Assembly: GCA_000320545.1 (NCBI GenBank)
Contig: ADNK01000515.1
Coordinates: 1 to 62,091 of the forward strand
From: Bigelowiella natans CCMP2755
Lineage: Eukaryota; Protista; Cercozoa
Length of the DNA stretch: 62,091 nt
Reading direction: 5' to 3'
This document shows, piece after piece, positions 1-13,600 of the stretch. Numbering within the stretch: the first letter of the stretch is position 1; every line of letters starts with the position of its first letter. The notes beneath the pieces are model-generated. The model ran no database searches. It was not told the DNA's origin and saw only the letters and a program-made list of their open reading frames with translations. The position numbers were made by a program, and so were the translations under genes.

Positions 1-145
1 GTGGAAGCCCCGAGTTCCTCCCTTCGAGCATTTAGGGAAACCAGCAGGTGCAGTTGATGATGACGACAGAACGGAAGGGAATACAAGGAGAGAGAGAAAG
101 AAGTGAGCCTGCTGCTCTTTCTACACTTGCATATAATCCCAAGTT

Positions 146-181
<36 letters not shown>

Positions 182-326
182 TAGGAATGTGAGAGAGCAG
201 CCCTATGCAGCAGCAGCAGCAGATTAGAAAGATACTAACTACGAGGGGATTGGGTGATACTACCCTGCATTCATTTGATTGCCCGTTCTCAGAATGACCT
301 TAATTGTGTATGTGTTCGTATGAGTG

Positions 327-380
<54 letters not shown>

Positions 381-1364
381 CGTGTGTGTTTGTATTCCTA
401 TTTTTGGTTGAAAACCAACTATTTCCCTATGCAGCAGCAACAACAACACATACGACAACAACAACAACTACTACCATCAAAACTTTCTTAAGGCTTGCAC
501 TGCGGGTCAATTTGTCACACGCAATGGACACCTTGAGAACAAAAGGAAGAATTTATGTTGAAATAGCAGTAGTAGCAGCCGCACATCGCTCTCCTTCAAT
601 TCACTCCATCGATTGCTTTGGCCAGTTGACGATATATGCACATATTATCGTCGTCTAGATTCCGCCACTCTCCATATCATGGTACAGCATATGGTAGTAA
701 TATAGTAGGTGTAGTAGTAGTAGTGTGCCTGCTCTTAGTCGTCAAAGGGGGGTAAAAAGAATGAGCAATATTGCTCATTATGTTCGGATAAAAAATGAAA
801 AAATAGGGAGGAAACGGGAATGGCGGAGAATTGGCACTTTTCCTAATACTTCATCTTCTTTCTGTTACTACCACTACTACTACTACTACTCTACTACTTT
901 ATCAAGCCTGGCAGTGATGCTCTGGATTCTGCTTGGAAACTCCGACATCAGCAATAGAATCTAAGCATCCAAGAGCGGGGGGGTGGGGGGGGTAAGAAGA
1001 ACATTATTTAGAAGCATATTGTGAAGTTGTTGCGTTTGCATCATATATCAGAGGCACTTTTCCTTCCTTATTATCAACAATACAGTAAGACTGCTGCTGC
1101 TGCTGCTTTACTACCTGCAAACGTGCGTGTGGCTGGGGAGTCTTAGAAATAGCAAGAAAGTACTGCTCAGCTTTGTCTAATTTTTTTGCATCGCCCTTTG
1201 AAGAGAGAAAAGAGAAAGACACACACACACATAGAGAGAGAGAGAGAGAGAGCAAATCATAAGAATCCGAGTAGGCAAATCATTAACCAATTGGATATGA
1301 GGTAGTAACAGCAGACATGATACAGAAATAAATCCCTCTGCTATAACTGCAGTGATGACGATGG

Positions 1365-1396
<32 letters not shown>

Positions 1397-1444
1397 GTGG
1401 TGTGGTGGTGGTTTTTGTTGCTGCGTTTCGATGTTGTTGTCAAT

Positions 1445-1479
<35 letters not shown>

Positions 1480-2820
1480 TGGTAAAGATGCCCACTACTA
1501 CTACTACTACTACTACTACATTATTCTACCTTAAAACGACGCAATTGCTTGAGTTCTTCCGAAGTCGGAAATATCTTGACCAAGCGAGCGAGGATGTCCC
1601 CGTCTGCCACCATTAACCATAAGCAGTTGCTCGAATAAAAGTGGCGAGCTTAAGGTGCATGCATAGAGCATAACTGTTTGGAAATGTGAGACTCGGAAGT
1701 AGGAGTGGCCATCATTATCATAATTATCATCATCATCATCATCATCATCATTATCGTTACCAAGGACTTCCTGGTTCATGTCTTTCACAGCCCTCGCAAT
1801 AGTGTCCAAAGGCAGCTGATGCGATGGTGAGGTGACAGACGTGAGAAGACTCCTACCACCGCTACTGCTACTAACTACTATAGCTACAACAACTACAACA
1901 ACACCTGTTAGTCTTATTATTACCTTGATTCCTGCCAAACCTATGTTGACGTTACAAGCACGCCTTTCATCTATACAGAACAGAGTCGGCTGCTGCTTCT
2001 TCTTCTTACTGCCTGCTGCCCCTTTCTGTCCCATACCCCCGCCGATCTTGCAGATAGATTTCTAGATGGTATGATGGTGTCGGTGAGAGAAGGAGAAGAA
2101 CCAGCATATGAGGAGGAGGAAAGAGGACAACAGAGAATAATAAGGGAAGATGATAAGCAGAAGCACGCAACAGAGCGTATGATGTACAGAAGTACGAGGC
2201 TAAACAACGGCAATATCGCTCATTTTTGTTGATTGATATTAATTGTACACTGTCACCATGATCAGTGTTACTAGCTATTCTTTCATTCAAATCATGGTGG
2301 AGGGGGGGAGGGGAGCTGCTCTTTATCATCGTCAGTATTTTGTTATTAGACGCTGCTACCCGATTGCGCTTTTTCTCATAATTCTGTTGTGTGAAATTCT
2401 CCTCGAGCCCCTTCAGCAAAGCCGAGCTGCTTCCAAGCCGACCGCCATTCCTTTGCTTACGCTGTTGTTGTCCGTTGCAACTACTCCTCTCCTCTTCATC
2501 TTCCGCAATCGAGCCCCAGATGCTCTCTGGATGTATGTGAAAAGAGCAGGAGGAGGAGGAGGAGAAAGAGGAGGAGGAGGATGATGAAGCAGGGCGAAAG
2601 GTAACAGCAGCAGAGGCTACATGTACGCATGCAAGCATAGCAGAAAACGCAACAGCAAATAGCAACACCAGGCGACGGTATCATTCTTGCAAGAAATAAA
2701 TCCATCAAAGTCTTTGGTGCAGCATCTTAATCACTCACGAAAAATTGACCTTTCTTGACATCCCTCAGCGGTGTCCAATGTAGCTTCTTCATTTTACGAG
2801 CAGCTTTCCCCTTATTGTCC

Positions 2821-2857
<37 letters not shown>

Positions 2858-4392
2858 GCTTCTTAGAGGCAGAAGATGCGACCAGAGGAGGGGGAGGAGG
2901 CACACCGAGAAGCGATGGTGGGAGTGCCGGTGGGGGGGGGATCAAGCTCGGAAGCACTGGAGGCACATCACTACTCGGTAACTGCTGCTCCTGCTGCTGC
3001 TGCTGCTTCTGCTTTGGTGGCTCGAACGTTGGAGGGGGGGGATCAGTGGAACTTCTGCTGCTGCTGCCCCTGCTGGTGTTGCATTCGACTCAGCTAATAC
3101 TAAGCTGCTGCTGCTGCTGCTGCTCGATAGTACTGTAGAGCTGAAGACATTCTTTTGCTCTTGTTTTTGTTCTTGTTGTTGTTGTTGTGTTTGGCATGTG
3201 GTAGTGTTGAAGCTGCTGATGCTGCCATCGAGGCTACCACCAATGCTGCTATTAGCAGTTCTCCTTCTTCTTCTTGTTTGAAATTGTTGTGAGGGAGATG
3301 GCGAAGAGATGTCCATCGCTATATCGAGTAGAGGAGGAGAGGCTGGCATGATACTATTGACAACCTGGTCAACGTTCTCTAAGCTTCTCGTCCTTATATG
3401 CTGCTGCCGCTGCTGCTGCTGCGGAACAGGCGTGCATGGAACCATTTCCACCCTCTGGCATTTCTTCATAGAGAAAACAGAAGAGGAGGAGGAGGAGGAT
3501 GATGATGACCCGTTCTTGTTCTTGTTATCTGCTCCTGTCGCAGATGCATACACCTCGCCGAAAAGCTCCGCCCAGAGAGAGTTGCTGTTACTCTGCTCTT
3601 GCTGCTTCTGAGCCTAGAGCAACATGGAACGACGACGATGACGACAACAGTGGTCGCAATTATCATATCAATCAATGGTGGACAGGTGGATTGTGGGATG
3701 CTACAAATTGAATGACATCCTTATCACGACAACTAACTACTGCTGGAATTCTTCCACCATACCCCGAACAAAAGAAAATGTGTCATCTGTGTATTTTAGG
3801 GTAGTGGAGAAATTTGACATTCACTCCAAAATGACTCAAAACACCCAAACCCACACGTGTGACATTAGGCGGGGGGGGGGGGGGGGGGTACCGTCGTAGT
3901 GGTTATCAATCTTGTAGAGATTTTCTAATTTACATGCATATCAAGAGTGGAGAAAGATGTCTGTTCCTTCCACCTTCTTCTTTCGGGGAGCAGGCGTCGT
4001 TAAGTTAGGAATACCATCCACAAGTTCAGCAGCGGGAAGATCTTCCCGAGCAATTGGGACGTGGTGGAGGAGGCCTGTTTGCTTCTTCTTCTTCTTCTTC
4101 TTGCTCTTTTTCTTCCCCATAGTAGGTGGGGGAGAGTTTAAGTTAACCTGATGAAGGAAAGAACCGGGTTCGAAAGCAGCTTCATGAATATGGTTTATGG
4201 TGATGAAGCATGATACGACAATCTTAGAGGTCAGCTCTACGTATTAATATTATGTTGTATTAATAAGATCACGACCTCCTCAAAGCCTGGTCCAAGATTG
4301 GTGGGGCATAAGTTCTCTTGCTCCTCCTTGTGATAGGAGAAGCGTTGTGCAAAGAGAAAATTGGAAGGAGAAGACACAGATGGCGGCGACAT
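1..4392 (-). CDS. Formin (FH1-FH2), multi-exon, 3' part beyond the left edge
   Basis: Poly-proline FH1 (LIPPPPALPP..VPPPPP) runs into the FH2 start KMKKLHWTPL (ORF 2727-2966). Later exons read CIDERRACNVNIGLAGIK, LPLDTIARAVKDMNQEVL and KLDKAEQYFLAISKTPQPHARL, which are typical FH2 motifs. Probable start ATG at 4392 (MSPPSVSSP..) is less certain. Confidence 0.85.
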
Positions 4393-4794
4393 AGTCATCA
4401 GCTTAGAATTATTTCGACTGCCAGAAGAATTCGCTGTTGCAAAACCACCAAATCATCTTCTCAACGCACTTAATTCCGAATTTGTTCAGATTTAGTTGCT
4501 ATCTTATCATCATCATCATCATCATCGTATTCTTCATATCATTATTCTTTGATCACCAGGAAACGCTAAGCCAAATCCCTCTCCCAATCGTGCGTTGGGC
4601 TTCTTCTGTCCTGAAAAATCGTAGAGAATTGTGAATTCCCCTCCCCCCAAGTTGACAACTCAAAGATAATGTTGAGTAAAGGAGTAAAGGAAGAAGCATT
4701 CAACTACAACCTCCCTGTAACGCCTCTCGGATTTCTAGCCAGCTGTCGTAGAATAGAGACTGACGCACTCGCATCTCCTCAGCCTTTTCAGTTC

Positions 4795-4839
<45 letters not shown>

Positions 4840-7800
4840 CCATAGAATAAACAAACGATTGCAAGCTAGTTTGATATGAAGGATAAATCACCTTTGATGC
4901 ATCGAGACGCGGTTCAACATTTTCATATCGCTTGACTACCTTCCGGCGACGGGACTGATGATCGAATGAAAAATATTTAAATGCAGCATCGGAAGGCATG
5001 TGAAGTTTGTTGAAGGAATATGATTGCGGTCAAACGATCATTATTTCTCGGTACCTTCTCAGCGGACATCATGCTACGTCTTTCTTCTCTTCGCATCACA
5101 TTTGGGGACTTTGAATATTTCAAAGAGGGTGATCCTAACCCTTTGCCAGTCCTCCTCCTCATTGGCGCTGCGCGCTCATCTAGGAACGGATTTGGAATCG
5201 CTTGCGCAAGGAAGTATCCAGAGTTGAGAGCGCACCCCATTGTGACAGGACCAGTTTTCTTCTTCCAGGTGGATAAGTGAGTGTTCTAAGGAGATTATAA
5301 TTTTGTTGACATATATCGTAAGTGATTATGACAACGATGAGAGTGGTAACCCCCCCCCTCGCTGCACTAAACCAACTAAACGAGTCGCATGCCTTCGACA
5401 GGTCGCTTTCTAAGTCTTACACAAGGTTCCCAAAGTGCCAAAGAATTATCCAAAACTGGCAAATATAATCAAGTAGTCGTTGACGTCATGTGATTTCTCA
5501 AGGTATTCTTTTTATCGTAAAGTTCTTGGGATCCAATCGGCTAATCTGTACCAGATCGTGGAAACCAATCGCTTCCCGACGTAAAATCCCGTGCGTTTCC
5601 GTGTATCGGGCAGAGAGCCGTTAGAAGCTTGGCAGCGTTTGAGACGGAACTGTGAAGTCTGATTTTCGAAGAGCGAATTTGCCAATTTTCTCGTAACCAC
5701 ATGTGTTTCCCTAAAAAATAAATAAATCGGCTGGAGCAGCGCTTGCGAGCACCAAAGAGGAAGAGACGAAAATGAAAATGCGTCTCCTAGATCTACAGCA
5801 TCGCATACCCGTAAATGTGTACTCGGATTTTTGCGAGATTTGACAAAGTCAAGCATAAATGATGAAAATCGGCATGCCTTTTCCGGGAACAGGATGGTCT
5901 AAACAACACGAGCAGCTGTGTATGACCACCATGATGATGTCTCGTAGCCAATCCCCTTGCCTACCATGTACCTCCCTTTCCCGTTGCAAGTGTATATTTG
6001 TAACCATAATTCTGAGTGTACAAATTCCCCTGAGTGCCTGACTTACCCCTCCCTATGCGTGCGTCCTGCAGCAGCTAAATGCTGCTATCGAAGAGCCAGA
6101 AGATTGCGGTTGTCGGAGGTGGCGCCTTGGGGCAATACGTCAGTGCAAGGCTCACAGAGGCTGGCCATAGGGTTCGAAGGCTTGAGTGAACTTGTTTCGG
6201 TGGTATCTGTTTTTGAGGGTGGCGAAGAGTGTTCCGATGATAAGCTAGGGCGGCATGATCGATCCTGAGACATGAAAAACTCTCTACTTCATGATTGACA
6301 GGTAAATTTGTTGCTTCGAAGCGATTACGAGGCTGTGAAACAAAGAGGCATTATGGTAAGACAGTCTTCTAAATTTGTGACCAGATTCCCCGTGCGACCT
6401 CACAAAAATCGACATGCATGTCTCTTTTCCCTTTAATGACTACTCGGCACCATCATCGTCACCGCCATTAATTAAATAGGTAGAATCACCGGACGGGAAT
6501 GTGCACGTCAAGCCGGGGGATGTTGATGTGTTCAATAATACCAATGACATTGGACCAGTATGAATTAAAATAATAACAACAATAATAGCAAAAATAATAA
6601 TGATTACAAGACAACGAATATTTCCACACATTATAATTTCATTCTCCATGCGCGTCTCTTGCATCATCGCCGAGTCTGGAATCTAAACAACAAAAACAGG
6701 CTGACTGGGTCATTTGCGCACTCAAGTCGAACGCCCTTGAGAAGGAGAATGCTAAGGTGGGAATTCTCTACGACTACCGCGACCTTTTCTACTCCTGATG
6801 TCCACACTTCTTGTCTGATTGATTATAGAAGCTTCTGGAGCCCTGTATCGGCGACCATACCCGGGTTTTGTCTTTGTTAAACGGCATTGGCATCGATGAG
6901 GTGACACTTCTCCTTCCTGGCGCCCCTTCATTTTGTTTCCTATATCCTTCATTGTTACACAAGAAGAAATGCACAAGAGAAGATGACGATGTAGTGTACG
7001 GAATTTTGCTGCTCTGGGGGTGGCGGCGCCGTGAATCGTAGAATCTTAAATTCCCTCACATCTTCTTTTCCTCCCTCCTCCTCCTTCTTCCCCCAAAGTT
7101 GATGGCTGATATTGTTGGGGATTCATCACGTGTATTCGGCGGCCTGGCCTATATTGCAGTCAGGTGACAACAACCGATTTAACGAACGTTTATAATATCG
7201 TAGAAAAAGAACAAGACGATGAAAATTAAGTTATTAATTGCTGAAAATTAAGTTATTAATTGCATTAACTCGTAGCTCTTAGACTTTCCCCATGTCAACC
7301 AGTGCTCCTCTTCCCTCTCATCCCCTCCCTCTCCTCCTCCTCCTCCTCCTCCTTTTCCCTCTCTGCCATGATTTCTCAGCCGCAAAGCGCCAGGCCAGCT
7401 CTCACACGTGTTCACAGAGAAGACTACCATCGGGCACATGCTTAACACTAAGGCCGAGGTGCAGGCTGCTGTTGGTATGCTGAGCGATTGTAAGGGCATC
7501 AATGCGGGGGCGACAGAATCACTACTGACGACTCGATGGGAAAAGGCAATATGATGATTCTCTCTTCTAAGTCTCCCTTTGATGTTATTATTGTAAGTGG
7601 AAGCAGTAGCAGCTATGCCTAAAATGGACGATGAATGAGGCTACAATGAGCGACACACGACACGACGATCATTAAAAAAATCTCTTCAAAGCCTCAATAT
7701 ATTTCTGCAAAATTTGTGGCTTACCAAGACTTGATTATGGCTGTTGTTGCTGCTGTTGGTGGTGGTGATGGTGATGGTGGTGGCGCTTCCTTTCTCGGCC

Positions 7801-8522
7801 TCCCTCCCGCCCTCTCTCTCTCCCTCTCTCCCCCCGTAGCTTGCATGGAATTTTCCGTTCGCAGGCATGGGCATCGTTGCTGGAGGGGTTGCTTGTGGGG
7901 TATTACTACCTCTTACTAACTGCTACTATCTCGATCATCCACGGAATATACGACACATCATCATTGTCTATCATCAGAGTGCTGGCAGTTGTATGAGTAC
8001 TTTCACCAATTACCTGTAATGACTTGCCCTCTCCTCCCATTCTCTCCGTCTTCCCCCTATTTCTCTCTCGCTTTCACACATGTTCCTTAATATGCAGCTC
8101 CATTGTTCTCTGTTGGTTGTTTCTTCTCGGCATCTCGCTAACGCATCATACACGCGCACACAACACAACTCAATAGGCGTTGACTAAGCATGAAAAACTC
8201 TCTGGAATTACGTTCGAGGTGCTGATAGTGATTTGTGGCGGTGGCGGCAGCATGGCGAGTGTCCTGCATATTTCAGAACAGTACAGATTTGAACAAATGC
8301 TAGATTAGATTATTACTGGATGATACTGGGAAATAGAAGAGGATTAATATATTATGGCGAGCAAAATCTTGAATAGGAGTTTTATCTTCTCCTTCTAAAC
8401 TCATTTTTTTTTCTTCCTGTTAGATAATGAAGGAGGTGGTTGCAACCGCCAACGCTGATATTCTTCACAGGTGCGCTACTGGATTGATGCATGCATGCGC
8501 GCGCATCTCTATATCTTTCTCT

Positions 8523-8563
<41 letters not shown>

Positions 8564-9118
8564 CCTCTCTTAGTGTGTGTGTGTTGTGTGGAGGAGGAGG
8601 GGTCTCAGGTAAATGTAGTAGTAGTAGTAGTATAATTTTTATATTGTGATTGAGTAACACCAATAATCACCAGTCGTGCTACGGTGGTGAAGTTTCTGTC
8701 TCCTCCCTTGTACTTCTAGCAGTCCTTTTCCTGCCTCCTCTCTAGTTCCTTAAGATGAATATATTGTTTCTCTGTTTTTTCTTCTATTCAACATCAGATC
8801 CATGGTGAGAGACTGGAAAACAACATCTTCATATTTTTCTTCTTCATCGTCCTTATTCCTCTCATCACCACCACCATCACCATCATCATCATCACCATCA
8901 TCTTTATTATCATCACAGGAGCAGCCACGGCTCATTAGTGACGAGTTTGTGGAGCAGTTATGGGCGATGTCAGTGACGGAGGAACTAGACGGGTATCTCC
9001 CGAGCACCGTTATCGACTTCAAAAACGGCACGCCGGTGGGCAGTACTTAGTGACGTAGTATACATGAGCGTGTATATATGTGTGTGCGTATATATTTAAA
9101 TTTTAAATATAAATAATA

Positions 9119-9149
<31 letters not shown>

Positions 9150-10065
9150 ATGATTTGTTTATGTAAGCATGCAAATGATGTCCCCTACGATAAAATGGTA
9201 GCACAAATGAACCACCGTTATTCGCCAAACTTTCCTCGCCCTCCCTCCCTTCTTTCCTCCGCTCTGCTTCATACCTCTTATGACCCCGATTATGCATCTC
9301 CAATGGACCGGACAAAACGATGCTGCTCTGCTGCTGGTGGTGGTGGTGGTGGCTACCACAACGTAACAATCGATGAAAGATCGAGAGCGAGTTCATCTTC
9401 CATGAGCCTACTCGCAGAGCAAACGAGCTTAAAATTGATGTGCCCCATATGACGATGGTAATAATAACAGTAATGATAGGCTATGAAGGAAGATTTAGAT
9501 TGACAATTGGTGATGACATCCATCCCCCCCCCTCCCCCTCCTTTCTTTCCAATCTTAGGTGTCAGGTCTGATTGACATTCTCAGCACTTCTCGGGCCTCT
9601 GACATGGAGCATAAGACGACGACGACGAAGAAGAAGAAGAAGAAGGAGGAGGAGGAGCAGGAAATAACGAATCGTCATAACGCTGCTGGCATCAATACCG
9701 GGGAGAAGCGAGTCAAGCCTAATAAAAGGCACACCGTCACCAATGAGGAGAAGAAGAGGAAGGAGTTTGAAAGGCGTGGCTCCTCAATTACCCATCGCAG
9801 CTGCGCGGTGCTGATGGGAGGCATATCGATCTCGGCGTTGATGGGAAGAAATGAAAGCAGGTTGGTTGCTGATTATGGAAGGAGAAGCTTCACTAGTAGT
9901 AGTAGTAGTAGTAGTAGTGATTCCGATGTCGGGAGCAAGGTGGTGGAGCAGTACGACAGCGAGCAGACGAGACAATTCTACAAAACGGTCGGTTTGAGGA
10001 GGAGGAGGACGACGACGACGACGATTGAGAGAAAAAAAAATGAAAGGATGAAAGTTGGATGGAGA

Positions 10066-10103
<38 letters not shown>

Positions 10104-10592
10104 ACACATATACACACACATATGCAAACACTGCATGGGGTTCTTCTTCTTCTTCTTCATCATCATCATCATGATTGAGTAGGTGATGGGGGGTGGTGGC
10201 AACGACATCCATTTCGGCGTGTTCAAGTCAGCTGACGAGGGGGTACGAGAGGCAGCAGGTGGTTACTAGAGTGGTAGTAGTGAGAATGATGATGACGATA
10301 ACAGTGATGATCATCATAATATGATAATGTTTGTAGTTGCACCACGCAATGAACATTACTAAGACGGTTAAGTTTGATCCCCATCCCCCATCCCCCATCC
10401 CCCATCCTTTGCCACCGTCATAATCGCTCTCGTCACCATCATCTTATCTTTTCTGCTGCCGCAGCAAACACCACGGAACTGATGCTCGATCTGATGCAGT
10501 GGATCAAGCCTGTTGTCCCTAACGCTGCTCAGGTGGTAGTATGACGAGATGACGTGTGAATGGTGGATGATGGCGACAAGTAGCTCCTTGGA

Positions 10593-10623
<31 letters not shown>

Positions 10624-11823
10624 AAAGAAGGAAAACAGAACAAAGGATGGAAAGAGAGAGAGAGAGAGAGGGGGGGGGGGGGGGGGGAACTTCTTCCCAT
10701 CATTTAATATGCAACGACCCCTTGCTGGGATCTAATTCCGCTACGTCGCCCCCCTCCCTCTCTCCCTCCCTCATCCCCACGCAGGTGCTGGATTTAGGTT
10801 CTGGCCACGGAGGGGCTACCCATACGATGGTGCAGCGGTAATTAGTCAGTAAAATATAGGGTGGGGGGGTGACTGAGTCATGAAGATGATGATGATGGAA
10901 ACGGCAACAAGTAAATTCGTGTGTGTGTGTGTGTGTGTGTGCGTGCGTGCGTGTTCACCCTCACTACCCAGATTTGGAACCCAGAACTTATGCTTCAATA
11001 TCGGTAGTATTGTTTTGTTGTCAGTTGTGGGTTGTGCGATGGTGTGGATTTCTGCAAGATGATATAATTTATGATGATGATGATGATGATGATGATGATC
11101 TCTGGACAATAGCACTATCACCACAACAGGTTCCGAGCAGAACGACATGAACCTCAAGACTTGTGCAAAGGTAGCAAGAGAATGGCTCCTATTTATTGCG
11201 TCGCTAGATTGATGGAACTGCCCATCACATCCTGGAGGGAGAGGGGGAGCAGTTGTAGTAGATGGGGCTGATGATACGAATCGAAGTCGATATAATTTCT
11301 ATCTCAACGTGAATAATGTGTGCATGTGTGTTTGGCATCATTCAATTCGGTAGTAGCAGCTACAGCAGCCCCAGCGCATTTTAGAATGTATTCTATGATA
11401 TGCGATGCATTTCCATCATAGTAGCTACTTCTCCTCCCCCCCTCCTTTCCTCTTCGTTGCCTTGCTGACGAGATGTTCAAACAGCTTGGAATTGAAGGCA
11501 ACGTGAGCTGCCACCGTGGCGACTTCAATCTGGGGTAATGCAGCGATAATCAGCATGAAGGAAAAGGCCGAAAGGAGGAGGAGGAGAAGAAGGAGGGCCG
11601 ATTACGATTGTAAAGATAATGATGATGATGGCGATGATGATGATGATGATGATAATGATTTTGGTGATGCGATGATGATGATCATGATTAGGCTTCCCGA
11701 GGAGTGGTCAGATAGGTTTGACTATGTGTACTCTTGTGAGGTTCTCTGCCATGCTGCGGATAAACCGGTATCAATAGGGAGAAGAAGAAGAAGAAGAAGA
11801 AGAAGAAGATTTGTCACCATATC

Positions 11824-11854
<31 letters not shown>

Positions 11855-13600
11855 ATAGTGATTAGAAGAAGACGGAGACCATAGGGGTGCTCATCTTTCC
11901 CTCCCCCTTTGAAAGTACACTTCTGTGTCTCCTCTCAGATGACATTGATGTGTGTGTGTGTGTATGTGTGTCTATGCGTGCGTGCGTGTTGATGGTGGTG
12001 GAGCAAGTTATTTTTCATGAATGTTGTACTGCTACTGTATTTACTACTACTGCTGCTGCTACTGCTACTACTACTACTACTACTATCTACACAATATAGG
12101 CACTCTTGGCGGAGATTCGGCGGGTGCTAAAGCCTGGAGGGGTTCTGGTAGTGGCACTTGTAGTAGCCGTGAATTACTGAGCCGAGGAATTAATATATAG
12201 GATGCATGTATGAGTAATAATAAGAATAATTATAATGATACTAAGAAACGCAAGGCTCTTGCTGCTTGCCCAACTACGACTACTACCTGCTGCTACTACC
12301 ACAACCTACCTTTTTTGTTTGGGAACACCCCAACAAACACGCCAAAGAAAGAGAGGAAGCACCATCTCCTACCTGCTCACTTCTTCGTTATCGGTGCCCC
12401 GTACACATACACATACCCAGGATTTCTGAGCACGATCCTCCACCATTTTATGGGAAGGAAGCTGATGCAGCATCAATGCGCACACTGCTCTGTTGTTGTT
12501 GCTAGGTGTTCTCCGACATTATGGGCGCTGATGGGGTTTCAGAGGAGGTCCTGAGGCCGTTCACAGATCGCAATACTACGACGGTGCTAAATACCCTCTA
12601 CTCGGACAGAATAGAAAACAGTAAAGGGGACAGTAGCAAAAAGGAGGGGAGGAGGGGGAGGGCACACAAGAGGAAAGTATCCATGAGGAATGCTTCTTCT
12701 GCTATTTCTCATTTATTCCCGGCGGCAATTTACTATTGGTTCACTGATGCTGTAGGGTCATCCTGCTCCTCCTCCTCCTCTCCCCCTCCTATTCTCTCTG
12801 CTACTAACTAGGTAATGGGTCGTCCGAGTGAGTACCGTTATCAGCTCAAGGAAGCAGCACTTCGAGAGGTGGTGCTACATAGAGTAGTAGCGAGGGGCAG
12901 TGCGCTGTCTTGTCAGCATTTAATGATGTATGGACAGGGCTAGCAGTCCTAGAATGGCGGATGGTTAATGAGAGAAAGACAGGAGAGAGGGGGGGGGAAG
13001 GAGGGCTGACCAACACATTTTTCCTCAACCAAAGCACCCAAATCATCATCCCTCCCTCATGGTTAGGTGTGCTACGTGGACATGTCACCAAATCTCGAGG
13101 AGTTCTTTGGTCTGATGTTAAAGCAGGTAGTAGCTTCTTGCCGCCCCACCACCACCCACAAGTAGTGGCTGTAGTAGTAGTGCTCCTTATGATGGTGATG
13201 CAGTAACGATGGAAATAACGGTAACAACGGTGTGTTCTTCTTCTTCTTCTTCTTCTTCTTCTTCTTCTTCCTCTTCAAGGTTGAGGATAATTACGACAAC
13301 CTCTTGAAGGAGGGCCTCACGGACGAGTACCTCCAAAACTGGATCAATTCGCTCTCTGACCGCGTTAATGTAGTAGTAACATCACATGTTTACTGTTACG
13401 GAGTAGTCATAATATTGTAGCTGCCGAAGAAGAAGAAGAAGAAGGAGTGATGATGGTGGTGATTGTGGTGGTGAAAACACAATTTCCAACTCCGTTCAGA
13501 TGAAGCAATTGAGCGAACAACTATTGCTTTTGTCAATGAGCGCTCCCGAATACTTCATCGTCATTGTCATCATCATCATCATCAGCACAGCATCGATCTT
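144..13600. repeat. Microsatellite-dense zone: (TAG)n, (CT)n, (GT)n, (GAT)n, (CAG)n, (GAA)n, (GGA)n
   Basis: Directly visible in most introns of the formin and fusion genes. Similar zones occur at about 38900-42150 and 52300-55400. Confidence 0.95.

Noticed and set aside
4700-5900. Possible small gene between the formin and the fusion gene
   Set aside because: Coding-like patches exist on both strands, but I could not build a consistent spliced model or find a motif.
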